Below are positions 36,700 through 45,976 of a stretch of 64,000 nucleotides of DNA, piece after piece. Numbering within the stretch: the stretch's first letter is position 1; every line of letters starts with the position of its first letter. Source of the DNA: an uncultured Candidatus Saccharibacteria bacterium (GTDB lineage Bacteria; Patescibacteriota; Saccharimonadia; Saccharimonadales; EFPC-124); assembly GCA_965225085.1 (NCBI GenBank), contig CBDDBE010000002.1, positions 95,185 through 159,184 of the forward strand. Direction: 5' to 3'. The notes under the pieces are model-generated. The model worked only from the letters and a program-made list of their open reading frames with translations. It was not told where the DNA came from and ran no database searches. Both the position numbers and the translations under genes were made by a program.

Positions 36700-38934
36700 C
36701 TACAGATACCCGGCTATCAGCGTTTTGCTCTTCGTCAGCTCGCTCGGGGTGCCTTCGAACATGACGGTGCCGCCTTTGTCCCCGCCTTCGGGACCGAGGT
36801 CGATAATCCAGTCGGCCTGGCGGATGACGTCGAGGTTATGCTCGATGGTGATGACGGTATTGCCCTCATCGACCAGACGGTTGATCAGCATATGTAGCCG
36901 CTCGATGTCTGATACGTGTAGACCGGTGGTTGGCTCGTCGAGCACGTAGACACTTCCTTTTTTGTGCAGCTCGCTGGCGAGTTTGATGCGTTGGCATTCA
37001 CCGCCGGACAGCGTGCTGAGCGGCTGACCGAGGGTCAGATACTCAAGGCCGACGTCGTTGAGTGCTTGGAGAATTTTGGCGATTTCGGGCAGGTCGAAGA
37101 ATTCTTTTGCTTCGGCCATGGTGAGCTCGAGTACCTCGGTGATTGATTTGCCGTTGTACTTGTAGGCCAAAACTTCATCCTTGAAGCGCTTGCCATTACA
37201 CACGGTGCAGACCGTCTTGGCGTCGTCCAGGAATCCGAGGTTTTGGGTCAGAAATCCTGCGCCTTTACAGTTGTCGCAGGCGCCTTTGGAGTTGAAGCTG
37301 AACAGGCCGGCATCGACTTTGTTGGCGGTTGCGAAGGCTTTGCGGATGACATCCATCAGGCCGATGTACGTCGCCGGGTTGGACCGGCTGGACGCGCCGA
37401 CTGGTGATTGGTCGACGACGATCGCGTCGGGGTGTTGCTTCAGGAAGACCTGATGGATCAGCGAGCTCTTGCCCGACCCTGCCACGCCGGTAATCACGGT
37501 GAATATACCGGTCGGAATGTCGACGTTGACATGCTGGAGGTTGTTGGCGTGGGCGTCGGTGATACTGAGCTTGCCATTTGGACTCCTGAACTCAGTCTTG
37601 ATCGGCGACTGGTCCTTGAGATGTGTGCCGGTGAGCGTGTCGGACTTGAGCAGGTCGTCGTAGGTACCTTCGAAGACGATTTTGCCACCCTTCACTCCGG
37701 CCAGTGGGCCGACGTCGACGATGTGGTCTGCTGCCTTGATGACATCTGGGTCGTGCTCGACCACGATGACTGTATTGCCTTGGTCGCGCAGCTTAGCAAG
37801 CAGCTCGTTCAGGCGGTGCACGTCGCGTGGGTGCAGGCCAACGCTCGGCTCGTCAAAGATATACATCACATCAACCAGGCTGCCGTTGAGGTGCTTCACC
37901 ATCTTGACGCGCTGCGACTCACCGCCGGATAGTGTGTCGGTCATGCGGTCCAGGCTGAGGTAGCCCAGACCGATCTCGACCAGGTTCGAGAGGCGCTCGA
38001 GGACGGTCTTGATAAGCGCGCGATTTTCGCCAGAGTCGAGCTTCTTCACGACCTCCACAAGCTTGTCGACTTGCATAGCTGCGAGGTCGGCGATGTTGTG
38101 TCCGTCAATTTTGCAGGCGAGGGCCTTTTGGTTCAGTCGCGCGCCGTGACAGAGTTCGCACGGCCCCATGGCCACGAATGGCCCGACGGTCTTCTGTGTG
38201 CGCTCGGACATGGTCCGGAAGTCGCGCTCGATGATGTATTTGCGGATGAATTTATCGACGATACCTTCGAATTTGAGGTTTACGCCCTGGATGGTGTTGG
38301 TCGCGATGGGCTTGGAGTGGTACAGGTCATGAAGCTCTTTCTCGGTGAAATCCTTGAGTTTCTTATCGAGGTCGAACAGGTTAGCGTGTTTGACGATCTC
38401 GAGTCCCCAACTCTTTTCACCGACGTATTCCGGCAGACGAATAGCGCCTTCGTTGATCGACTTTGTCATATCGAAGGCCAATTCTATGTCGAGACCGAGC
38501 TTTTGCCCCAGGCCGTTACAATTCGGGCACATGCCCGCGGCGTCGTTGAACGAGAACATATTGGCATACCCGACGTACGGCTTGCCAAAGCGTGAGAACA
38601 TCAGGCGCAGCGCCGTCGCGATGTCCGTCACCGTGCCGACGGTCGAATGCGATCCGCCGCCGAGCGGCTTCTGGTCCACGACGACCGCCATGCTGAGGTT
38701 CTTAATCTGGTCCGCCTCTGGTTGCGCGATGCGTGGCAGGAAGTTGCGCACGAACATGCTGAAGTTTTCGTTCAGCAGGCGCTGCGACTCGGCCGCGATC
38801 GTGTCAAAGACCAGACTGGACTTGCCCGAGCCGGACACGCCAGTAAAGATTGTGATCTTGCGCTTCGGAATTCGGAGCGTTACGTCTTTAAGGTTGTTTT
38901 CGCGAGCCCCGCGGATTTCGATGTATTCCTGCAT
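36700..38934 (-). CDS. UvrA-family ABC ATPase lacking the UvrB-binding domain (class II UvrA-like paralog)
   Basis: 744 aa; 'FTGVSGSGKSSL', 'LSGGESQRVKM', 'LSGGECQRIKLA'; 'LRLMFSRFGKP' runs straight into zinc-finger 'FSFNDAAGMCPNCNGLG' with no ~130-aa UvrB-binding insert. Confidence 0.85.
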   Translation of the reverse strand: MQEYIEIRGARENNLKDVTLRIPKRKITIFTGVSGSGKSSLVFDTIAAESQRLLNENFSMFVRNFLPRIAQPEADQIKNLSMAVVVDQKPLGGGSHSTVGTVTDIATALRLMFSRFGKPYVGYANMFSFNDAAGMCPNCNGLGQKLGLDIELAFDMTKSINEGAIRLPEYVGEKSWGLEIVKHANLFDLDKKLKDFTEKELHDLYHSKPIATNTIQGVNLKFEGIVDKFIRKYIIERDFRTMSERTQKTVGPFVAMGPCELCHGARLNQKALACKIDGHNIADLAAMQVDKLVEVVKKLDSGENRALIKTVLERLSNLVEIGLGYLSLDRMTDTLSGGESQRVKMVKHLNGSLVDVMYIFDEPSVGLHPRDVHRLNELLAKLRDQGNTVIVVEHDPDVIKAADHIVDVGPLAGVKGGKIVFEGTYDDLLKSDTLTGTHLKDQSPIKTEFRSPNGKLSITDAHANNLQHVNVDIPTGIFTVITGVAGSGKSSLIHQVFLKQHPDAIVVDQSPVGASSRSNPATYIGLMDVIRKAFATANKVDAGLFSFNSKGACDNCKGAGFLTQNLGFLDDAKTVCTVCNGKRFKDEVLAYKYNGKSITEVLELTMAEAKEFFDLPEIAKILQALNDVGLEYLTLGQPLSTLSGGECQRIKLASELHKKGSVYVLDEPTTGLHVSDIERLHMLINRLVDEGNTVITIEHNLDVIRQADWIIDLGPEGGDKGGTVMFEGTPSELTKSKTLIAGYL

Positions 38935-38975
38935 GCATACTCCTTTTATGTAATAGTAACGCGAAAGGAGTCTGG

Positions 38976-39383
38976 CTAGAAAGGCGCCCGTGCGTCGTGC
39001 TTCTGCACCATGAAGATGCTGTTACCGTCCGGGTCCTTCACGTTGAACCACTTCACGCCCGATCCTGGGCCGAAGAGGTCGTCCTGCACGTCGCTCACGC
39101 CAAGGTCTTTGCCACTCAGATCTTTGTGAGTTGTCTCGACGTCAGATGTTTCGAAATAGATCGACAGTGTCCCTTCTTTGATACTCTCTGGCGACATGCT
39201 AGCTCGCGAGAGGGTCAGCGAAGCGCCACCGCCCGGGAATGCCAGGGTAACCCACCAGTTATTGTCGTCCTGACGATACTCAGTCGAGACTTTGAAGCCA
39301 AGCTTGTCTATATAAAATGATTTAGACGCGTTCATGTCGCCGACGTTCACCGAGACCATCATTAGTTGGTTGGCTATGTGCAT
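38976..39383 (-). CDS. VOC-family protein (glyoxalase/bleomycin-resistance fold)
   Basis: ORF 38976..39431 (TTG); ATG 39383 with AGAAAGG RBS. Confidence 0.7.
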   Translation of the reverse strand: MHIANQLMMVSVNVGDMNASKSFYIDKLGFKVSTEYRQDDNNWWVTLAFPGGGASLTLSRASMSPESIKEGTLSIYFETSDVETTHKDLSGKDLGVSDVQDDLFGPGSGVKWFNVKDPDGNSIFMVQKHDARAPF

Positions 39384-39469
39384 GGTAGCTGCCTTTCTAT
39401 TGCAAAAATAATGATTTGTTCGTATAATCAATTTACTTGATATTCAAGCTATCGTCAAGAGATTTATCC

Positions 39470-39928
39470 ATGCATTCCACTCCAGATCTACAGAAACAGG
39501 TTTTTATGGCCGCACGCGATCAGGGCATCAGCTCTGTTCTGTTTCGTAATGCCATGAGCCGGAAACTTGGACTAAACGTGACGGATTCGGAGTGTCTGAG
39601 CCTGCTATCGATAAAAGGCGTTGCAACGCCGACGGAACTTGCGCGGTATACAGGGCTGACTACGGGCTCTGCTACGGCCATGCTGGACAGGCTCGAGAAC
39701 GCTGGGTTTATCCGGCGCTCCCCCAACCCGCATGATCGTCGGGGCGTTCTGGTTGAAATTAATGAACAATGGGCGCAGATGGCCGGGCCACTGGTTGCCG
39801 GTGTACAGCAAGCCCACCGCGAGCTCATCGCAGGCTATTCGGATAAGGAACTGGAGCTTATCGCGGATTTTTTGGGTAAGTTTACGCAGAATGTGGTGGA
39901 TCAAACCAAGGTTATCGAGACGGAGTAG
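39470..39928 (+). CDS. MarR-family transcriptional regulator
   Basis: 'TELARYTGLTTGSATAMLDRLENAGFIRRSPNPHDRRGVLVEI'; divergent from VOC gene. Confidence 0.85.
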   Translation: MHSTPDLQKQVFMAARDQGISSVLFRNAMSRKLGLNVTDSECLSLLSIKGVATPTELARYTGLTTGSATAMLDRLENAGFIRRSPNPHDRRGVLVEINEQWAQMAGPLVAGVQQAHRELIAGYSDKELELIADFLGKFTQNVVDQTKVIETE

Positions 39929-39956
39929 TATTTGGTGTAGATAAATTTAGGATATG

Positions 39957-39981
39957 AAAAGGGGCGCCTTGCGGCGCCCCT
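39957..39981 (-). terminator. intrinsic terminator of AAA/VWA operon
   Basis: AAAAGGGGCGCC-ttgc-GGCGCCCCT; on minus strand followed by TTTTCATATCC. Confidence 0.7.
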
Positions 39982-39996
39982 GTGGTTCACTTCATT

Positions 39997-41322
39997 TCAC
40001 GCTGTTTCCATCAGGCCCGTGTAGACGCTGACTCCGCCAGACTGACGGGCCAGGTCGGACAGCTCGGTGACCTCTTCCGGGCCAACCTGCACGACGTGCA
40101 TCTTGACACCTTGCAGCGCCGAGATGCCCGGCACGTTGGCCTTGCCGTCGGTCACGAGCACCAGTTCCGGTTCACGGAGCTGTCCTTCGTTCATGAGGGC
40201 CTGGACTCGTTCGGCGCTGGCCCTCAGAGTAGAGTTGAACTCAGTCGTTCCGCCGCGATACTGGAGCGGGCTGGTTACGATCTGCATCAACTCGTGGGCT
40301 GATGCAGCGTCGAAGGCGTGATATTCCTTCTGACGGAGTGTGCCGTCAAAGAACCGAACGTACACCTCGGCGTCGCCTTCGATCACCGCCCAAAGGCGGT
40401 TCAGGGCGACCCCAGCAGCTCGACTTGCAGAGGTAGCGCCGCTGTCCAGCATGGAGCCGCTCCCGTCGATGACCAGGAACAACAGTTGCTTCTTGGCGCG
40501 GCGGGTGTGTGGTGCGCGAGTGCTCAGATCCCCCATTGCCGCCTTGGCCTTCAGGAGGTTGGGTGGCAGGGCGAAGTCTGCCTGCGGGATGCGCGGCAGC
40601 TCGCTGAGGTCAGTGATCCCGCGCCAGGCGATGTCCTCGCCGTCGGGGTCTGCCATGGGCTTCGAGCGGCCACGCTGGAGTTCGCTGATCTGGTCGAGGT
40701 GCCGCGCGATGCGCAGGATCTCGCCCAGATCCATTCCTTGGACTTGCAGCTCGATGCCGAGGAATTCTGCGTCCGTACCCGGTTCGTTGCTGAAGGCAGA
40801 AGCGAACTTCTGCAGGTAGGCGATGTCCGTTGGCGTCAGGTTCTCGACCTGCTCTATTGCCGCTTGGATCGCCTTCAGGAAGGTACCGACGGCGCGCAGG
40901 CCGATCTCCATCAACGCCCAGCGGAGCTCGATTTGCCGGAGCAGCCTGAGCACGCGTACGGCCTTGGTGGCATGGTTGTACCCGGGGATCTCGTTGAGAT
41001 CCAGCTGGTCCAGCACCGAGTGTAGCTGATGCTGCATACGGTGGAAGTCCCTCTCGAAGATTCGAGCGTAGTAGTCTTGGTTGCCGATGCCATGCCGGTC
41101 AGCGAAGGCTTGCGCCTCGATGATGGCGTGGGTGGCGGCTTCCATGATTGCTTCGTCCTCGTCGAACTCTGCCACCTGGGCGCCTCCGGCTTTCGCCAGC
41201 AGGTCCCAGATGAAGTCCCACTCCAGGTCCGACAGTTCGCCTAGTCCCTCGCGGGCGGCGATGTGCCGGATCGTTCGTTCGGTAGGGAGGATCAGGTTGG
41301 GCGGGTCGTTGGCGTAGCGCAT
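39997..41322 (-). CDS. VWA-domain protein (C-terminal MIDAS 'LVIDGSGSM'), CbbO/NorD-like partner
   Basis: 441 aa; 4-nt gap to upstream AAA gene. Confidence 0.8.
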   Translation of the reverse strand: MRYANDPPNLILPTERTIRHIAAREGLGELSDLEWDFIWDLLAKAGGAQVAEFDEDEAIMEAATHAIIEAQAFADRHGIGNQDYYARIFERDFHRMQHQLHSVLDQLDLNEIPGYNHATKAVRVLRLLRQIELRWALMEIGLRAVGTFLKAIQAAIEQVENLTPTDIAYLQKFASAFSNEPGTDAEFLGIELQVQGMDLGEILRIARHLDQISELQRGRSKPMADPDGEDIAWRGITDLSELPRIPQADFALPPNLLKAKAAMGDLSTRAPHTRRAKKQLLFLVIDGSGSMLDSGATSASRAAGVALNRLWAVIEGDAEVYVRFFDGTLRQKEYHAFDAASAHELMQIVTSPLQYRGGTTEFNSTLRASAERVQALMNEGQLREPELVLVTDGKANVPGISALQGVKMHVVQVGPEEVTELSDLARQSGGVSVYTGLMETA

Positions 41323-41326
41323 GGTC

Positions 41327-42748
41327 TCACCCCTTGTCGTTCGTGAATGCCGTTCGGACTTGGGCCAGTACAGACAGCCTCGTCTTTTCCAGGCTGGGGT
41401 GCACCTTCATGACCACCAGCTCTGCTTCGTGTTGCGCGAGCACACGCCTGGCCTCGTCTTTGGTGAGGGCACCCTTGGCGTAGTGCAGCCTGGCGATTTG
41501 CTTCTTGATCGCAGTCAGCTTTCTGTCCAGCTGAGCCAGGTCATGCTCGATGGATGCTCCTGTCATCTGGTGATATACTGACTTCTCCAGCGCTTTAACT
41601 TCGGACAGGATGCGAGCTCGTCGAGCGATCTGGGCGGAATCGTAGCGCAGCGCCGTAGCCTGCTCCTCGATGCTCGCCAGAAGCGCGATCATCTGCTCGA
41701 GTGTTTCCGGTGTGGCGGGCTCGTTGAGGAGCTGTCGCACCTTCTCGAGTTCTGCTTCGAGCTGCTCCATTGCCTCCTCGGCGGCCAGCGAACGGGAATG
41801 CTCGCTGATCAGATCGGCGATGCGCATCTGCGTCTCGGTCGAGTGTGCTCCCGGAAGGAACGCGATCGCGTTCACATCGTTCGGGGCCACGTGGTCTCGG
41901 CCATTGATCGCCGCTGATGCCTGCGTGAGCCGCATGGCCATGACAGCCGTGCGCGGTGAGATGACGATGCCATCTTTGCTGAGCTCGACGATGATCTTTG
42001 CCAGCAGGGCTTGCATGGCCCGACTGACGGTGACATCCTTGGCTCGCTGCTGCAGGCCGGCGACTTCTTCCCAGGTGATGAGCGTGACCTGGTCGTGGCT
42101 CGTGTCGGTGACTGCCGCGAAGAGCGCCTTGAAGGCATCTTCGCCGTAGTTCGACCACTTGACCTCGATTTGGACCGGGAAGCGCTCGACGAGCGCCGCG
42201 ATCTCCGGGCCACCCTCCGCGATATCTTGCGGCGAGTGGTTGGTGGCGGCGACGATCAGTCGAGTCGCCATGGGGAAGGTCTGGTGCCCGTTGCGCAGCA
42301 TGCCGGCGGTCAGCGTGTCCTTGAGGGTGGTTAGCACCCTCGGCGGAGCATCGAAGAGCTCCTCGAACACGGCGACCAGATGCGGCAGGAAGCTCCGCTC
42401 GGGATTGTACTCCAGCGCGGCGCCCGACGTGCGGTTAAGCGCGTCGAAATCCAGCCCCCCGTACAGCTCCTCACACGAAGTGCCTTGCCCGAACGATTTC
42501 ACGTACGGGTTGGCGTCGGAGATGGCACCGATTGCGGCGTTCAGAAATTCCGACTTGCCGTGCCCGCCGGGTCCGCTGAAGATCAGGTTGAGACCGGCGG
42601 CGATGGCCAGCGAGAATGCCTGACGCATTGGGTCGGCGTCCACAAACATGCTGGTTGCGCGCCGCACCCACGGCAGGACGAGCGTGTGCTCGGCCGGCGG
42701 TGACTGCGTGTACGCTGTCGGCAGGTCGTGACTCGGGCTCTGCGACAT
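41327..42748 (-). CDS. MoxR/CbbQ-NorQ-type AAA+ ATPase (AAA_5) with long coiled-coil C-terminal region
   Basis: ORF 41327..42754 (GTG); ATG 42748 with AAGGAG RBS; 'LIFSGPGGHGKSEF', 'HLVAVFEELFDAPPRVLTTLKDTL', 'RLIVAATNHSP'. Confidence 0.8.
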   Translation of the reverse strand: MSQSPSHDLPTAYTQSPPAEHTLVLPWVRRATSMFVDADPMRQAFSLAIAAGLNLIFSGPGGHGKSEFLNAAIGAISDANPYVKSFGQGTSCEELYGGLDFDALNRTSGAALEYNPERSFLPHLVAVFEELFDAPPRVLTTLKDTLTAGMLRNGHQTFPMATRLIVAATNHSPQDIAEGGPEIAALVERFPVQIEVKWSNYGEDAFKALFAAVTDTSHDQVTLITWEEVAGLQQRAKDVTVSRAMQALLAKIIVELSKDGIVISPRTAVMAMRLTQASAAINGRDHVAPNDVNAIAFLPGAHSTETQMRIADLISEHSRSLAAEEAMEQLEAELEKVRQLLNEPATPETLEQMIALLASIEEQATALRYDSAQIARRARILSEVKALEKSVYHQMTGASIEHDLAQLDRKLTAIKKQIARLHYAKGALTKDEARRVLAQHEAELVVMKVHPSLEKTRLSVLAQVRTAFTNDKG

Positions 42749-42823
42749 GTCCACTCCTTGGTAGGTGAAATGAATTGTGAAGCTCCTGGGTTCGCCCAGT
42801 TAAGGGTGGAATCCTTAAGCCAT

Positions 42824-42852
42824 ATGATACCATAAAAACTCATAATAATCAA
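42824..42852 (-). promoter_or_regulatory. promoter TTGATT-17-(TGg)TATCAT for AAA/VWA operon
   Basis: rc reads TTGATTattatgagtttttatggTATCAT. Confidence 0.6.
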
Positions 42853-42867
42853 TATTAAAGCCTCCGC

Positions 42868-42892
42868 ATTACGGAGGTTGTGCGCGGTGGAC
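42868..42892 (-). terminator. hairpin CCTCCG-cattaC-GGAGG followed (minus) by T-rich tract
   Basis: sequence. Confidence 0.4.
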
Positions 42893-43361
42893 GCCTCGAT
42901 ACGAATACATCGAGCGTCCACCGGGTGGAGTAGTTGCGGGCTCACCGCCAGCCGAGCAGCACATGGAAGAGCCAGCCTGATTGACGAAGGTGAGTTTGCA
43001 GTAGTTCTTCCGATCGAGGCCCAGATCGCCGTTCTTGACCAGCACCGCTCGCACCGACTCCCCGTGAGAGTTTCGGGACACGGCCAAAAGTCGTACGTCG
43101 TGCCGGTCCGCACAGAGACAGCGGTCATCATTGACTTGCTGTCGCAGGCACCTTCAAGAAGTCGAGGCTGTATGCGGCGGTAATCTCGAAGCCGCTTGCC
43201 AGCTCTGCCATCCGAGCCCGACCTGAGGCGATCGCGGCGTCGAGCGCTGATGCCGGCTGCGGGTCGAAAGGGTTGCTGAGGTGGTAGGTCATTGCTTATT
43301 CTCCATTCGCGCGTCCCGCCAATCTGGCGAAGGGGAAAGTAGGATGCATGTGAGCATTTGA

Positions 43362-43390
43362 AACGCCCCTTTGACCAGATCGGTCAAAGG
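43362..43390 (-). terminator. 12-bp perfect hairpin after 43402..43817 gene pair
   Basis: GCCCCTTTGACC-agatc-GGTCAAAGGGGC. Confidence 0.45.
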
Positions 43391-43401
43391 GGCATGTGTG
43401 T

Positions 43402-43623
43402 TTAGCCGCGGCCATTCATCTGACGGAAGTAGGGAGCGTATGTGTCTGGCGTATGGTCGAAGGCCGCAGGCAACAATCCGCCTCCGACAAGATACCAAGC
43501 TTTTATAACCTGCTCACGATTCCCGATGGGCCCTTCCCCGCCTACCGCACATAGGACAACTGGCCTGCTTTCGCCTTGGAAGTAGCCATGCAGAAGGCGA
43601 TCGGCTGCTGGGCGAATGGTCAT
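43402..43623 (-). CDS. hypothetical 73-aa protein, start overlaps upstream stop (ATGA)
   Basis: ORF track. Confidence 0.4.
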   Translation of the reverse strand: MTIRPAADRLLHGYFQGESRPVVLCAVGGEGPIGNREQVIKAWYLVGGGLLPAAFDHTPDTYAPYFRQMNGRG

Positions 43624-43817
43624 TCGCCATTGGTCAGCCGCATAACGTGCGTGGCCAGCGCGTTCAATACGCCTTCTTCTCTTACTATACCCCTGAAGGG
43701 TCTGCCAGTGAGCGCGACCCCATCCTCCTGGCGGACTATAGCTGCGGCGACAACGGGTAGGATGTTCTCGACGGCTCGACCGATGGGACTCATGGTGGTG
43801 CCTTTCGTTTGGGCCAT
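43620..43817 (-). CDS. hypothetical 65-aa protein
   Basis: ORF track. Confidence 0.35.
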   Translation of the reverse strand: MAQTKGTTMSPIGRAVENILPVVAAAIVRQEDGVALTGRPFRGIVREEGVLNALATHVMRLTNGE

Positions 43818-43892
43818 TTTTGGCCGGGAGAGAAGTCTTTATTACTTTAACATCAAGACATAGAAAATCAAAAGACGCCTCCCTAGTCAGTG

Positions 43893-44453
43893 CTAAAAGA
43901 GTGTAAAAATCGGTAAATGCGCATAAACCTCTGCAGCGTACGCCTCACATAGTGCCCTTAGATATTCGAGCGGCATAATCAGGCTCTCGGTAAGCGACAG
44001 CGAGATGGCTACTGTCGACTCTGCGCTGTGCGTCTGCGTCCAATCCAATACGAATAATCCGGCCAGCTCTTGCGTCGCTGGTGTTCCGCTGACCAGAAAG
44101 GGGCTGACCATGCCCGGCTGCATTCCGTAGAAGGTTACCGCATCGATGTCGTGTGGATTCAGAGTATGGTCGCGGCTGGTCGGGACGCCCAGATGACGGC
44201 TAGCCGCTTTGCGCTGAGCACGCGTTACGCTAAAGTTTCCGACGCCCGTCCACAGTACGATCTGCTCGGCCACGCTTCCGGTTATTGTCTTCTGGACTAG
44301 GCAGCCCTCCGGCAGTACGGCCTGTGTCTCGAGCGCCGTAAATGTTGGCTCGTGCCATGCGGTACTGGTCGGAATCGATAATTGCTGGCACAATGATTCG
44401 ATTTGTTCACGTGTATGCATGGGTAGCCCATTTGTGTTATCCGCTAGAACCAC
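43893..44453 (-). CDS. YbaK/ProX-like aminoacyl-tRNA deacylase domain protein
   Basis: 'DAVTFYGMQPGMVSPFLVSG' ~ GyxxGxvsPfG motif. Confidence 0.55.
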   Translation of the reverse strand: MVLADNTNGLPMHTREQIESLCQQLSIPTSTAWHEPTFTALETQAVLPEGCLVQKTITGSVAEQIVLWTGVGNFSVTRAQRKAASRHLGVPTSRDHTLNPHDIDAVTFYGMQPGMVSPFLVSGTPATQELAGLFVLDWTQTHSAESTVAISLSLTESLIMPLEYLRALCEAYAAEVYAHLPIFTLF

Positions 44454-44562
44454 CTCGGAACTCCTGTTATTTTACAAAAAATAGCACCCCTAGCGAGTAG
44501 GAGGCGGCGCGGATATCTAACAACCTGACAAGTATAGCATAAGCGCAAGATGCCACGTAACT

Positions 44563-45228
44563 GTGTATGATAGTATTAATTTTATGAACCAATTAACACA
44601 ACATGAAATATCTTCGTCCCAGAAAGGCAAGCGCTTTACTGCTCTGTACGCCATCGGCTTGTTGCTGATTGCCGTGTTAAGCGGAGGCGGTGTTTATCTG
44701 TGGCAGCACCAGACGACATCGACGCCCGCCCAACAACTACCCCAGAGTGGCAGTGCGCCTGTCAAATCTGATACATTTACGTATTCATCCAAGGTTGGAG
44801 GCCTCAGCCTGACGCTTGCGAAAACATATGAGATTATTGTGAATGTTGATGGCAATAAGGGTGGTGCCCCGGGTGCAACTTTGCGTGTTGGTACTGTCCT
44901 GTCGGACAATATAGCGCAGGATAGTGCTTATAGCTGGGTTCAAGTAGATATTGATAATGTCGTAGGAACTATCGATCAAGAAGCTACAATCGTGAAACAA
45001 CAAATGCAAAAAGATAACTACGATAACGTAAAATCTACCCCTGCGACTGTCGACGGCCAACCTGCGGTGCTTGTCACGGGTGACGGTCATTCTTATGCGG
45101 GCAGCAAGCAAGTATATGTCCTTCGTTCTGGAAGTTTTCTGTATACCATAACAGCCTCGGGCGACGACCCTGCGAGCATACTCGATGCCGTCCTAAAGGG
45201 TTTCAAGGTACGGTCGGTCGTAATCTAA
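44563..45228 (+). CDS. signal-anchored secreted/membrane protein, hypothetical
   Basis: 'RFTALYAIGLLLIAVLSGGGVYLW' TM then soluble domain. Confidence 0.55.
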   Translation: MYDSINFMNQLTQHEISSSQKGKRFTALYAIGLLLIAVLSGGGVYLWQHQTTSTPAQQLPQSGSAPVKSDTFTYSSKVGGLSLTLAKTYEIIVNVDGNKGGAPGATLRVGTVLSDNIAQDSAYSWVQVDIDNVVGTIDQEATIVKQQMQKDNYDNVKSTPATVDGQPAVLVTGDGHSYAGSKQVYVLRSGSFLYTITASGDDPASILDAVLKGFKVRSVVI

Positions 45229-45323
45229 TTCCTTCGCTCTTGATACGTTGACTTTTTTACATTTCGCACTTGCCGCGCATGGTATATGCTAACCTTAATA
45301 ACTTATGTTTTAAGGAATAAACG

Positions 45324-45650
45324 ATGACCCAATACATTTTTGTATACAAGTCGAATGAGGCACTCGATTGGAGCAGCCTACCCAAGGATGAGGTCAAGAA
45401 AGTCATGGATGCCTGGGGCACATGGATTGGCTCAATGGGCCCGGCGCGCAAAGGCGGAACCGCGTTCAAGTTTGGCGGCACTAGCGTCACTCGGGATGGG
45501 CAAAAGAAGGCCGATAACCTACTGACCGGCTTTGCGATTGTCGAGGCCAAGGACTTTGACGAGGCGCTGCACATGGCACAAAACGCCCCAAATGTTATAT
45601 CGGGACAAGGAAGCATCGAGGTCTATGAGGCCTTCGGCGTAGGAGCTTAG
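45324..45650 (+). CDS. YciI-like (YCII-related) small protein
   Basis: AAGGAA RBS; family pattern. Confidence 0.55.
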   Translation: MTQYIFVYKSNEALDWSSLPKDEVKKVMDAWGTWIGSMGPARKGGTAFKFGGTSVTRDGQKKADNLLTGFAIVEAKDFDEALHMAQNAPNVISGQGSIEVYEAFGVGA

Positions 45651-45658
45651 GAGAAAAT

Positions 45659-45976
45659 ATGAAACTCACAATGGTTCAATACAGGGTCAAAGCTGACCGC
45701 GTGGCGGAAAATGAAGCGTTGCTTGCTAAAGTGTTCGAGGCAACGGCAAAGCAAAAGCCGGCGGGTATTAGGTATGCATCTTTCAAGCTTGAGGACGGAG
45801 TGACGTTTGTCGCCCTCGTGCAGCTAGACGAGGCCATCCACACGGGCACTAATCCATTGCTAGAAATGCCAGAATTCAAAGAGTTCCAGGCCGGTATTGC
45901 AGACCGATGCGATGAAATGCCAGTGACCAAAGTACTTAGCTCTGTTGGCACCTATCAATTTTTAGACGAAGCGTAG
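45659..45976 (+). CDS. ABM/Dabb-like small protein (tentative)
   Basis: GGAGAA RBS. Confidence 0.5.
   Translation: MKLTMVQYRVKADRVAENEALLAKVFEATAKQKPAGIRYASFKLEDGVTFVALVQLDEAIHTGTNPLLEMPEFKEFQAGIADRCDEMPVTKVLSSVGTYQFLDEA

Noticed and set aside
41595-42834. Multiple >100-aa ORFs on both strands within the AAA+ ATPase gene
   Set aside because: All overlap a gene with clear Walker A/B and sensor motifs. Their Arg/Ala/Pro-rich composition is typical of high-GC noise.
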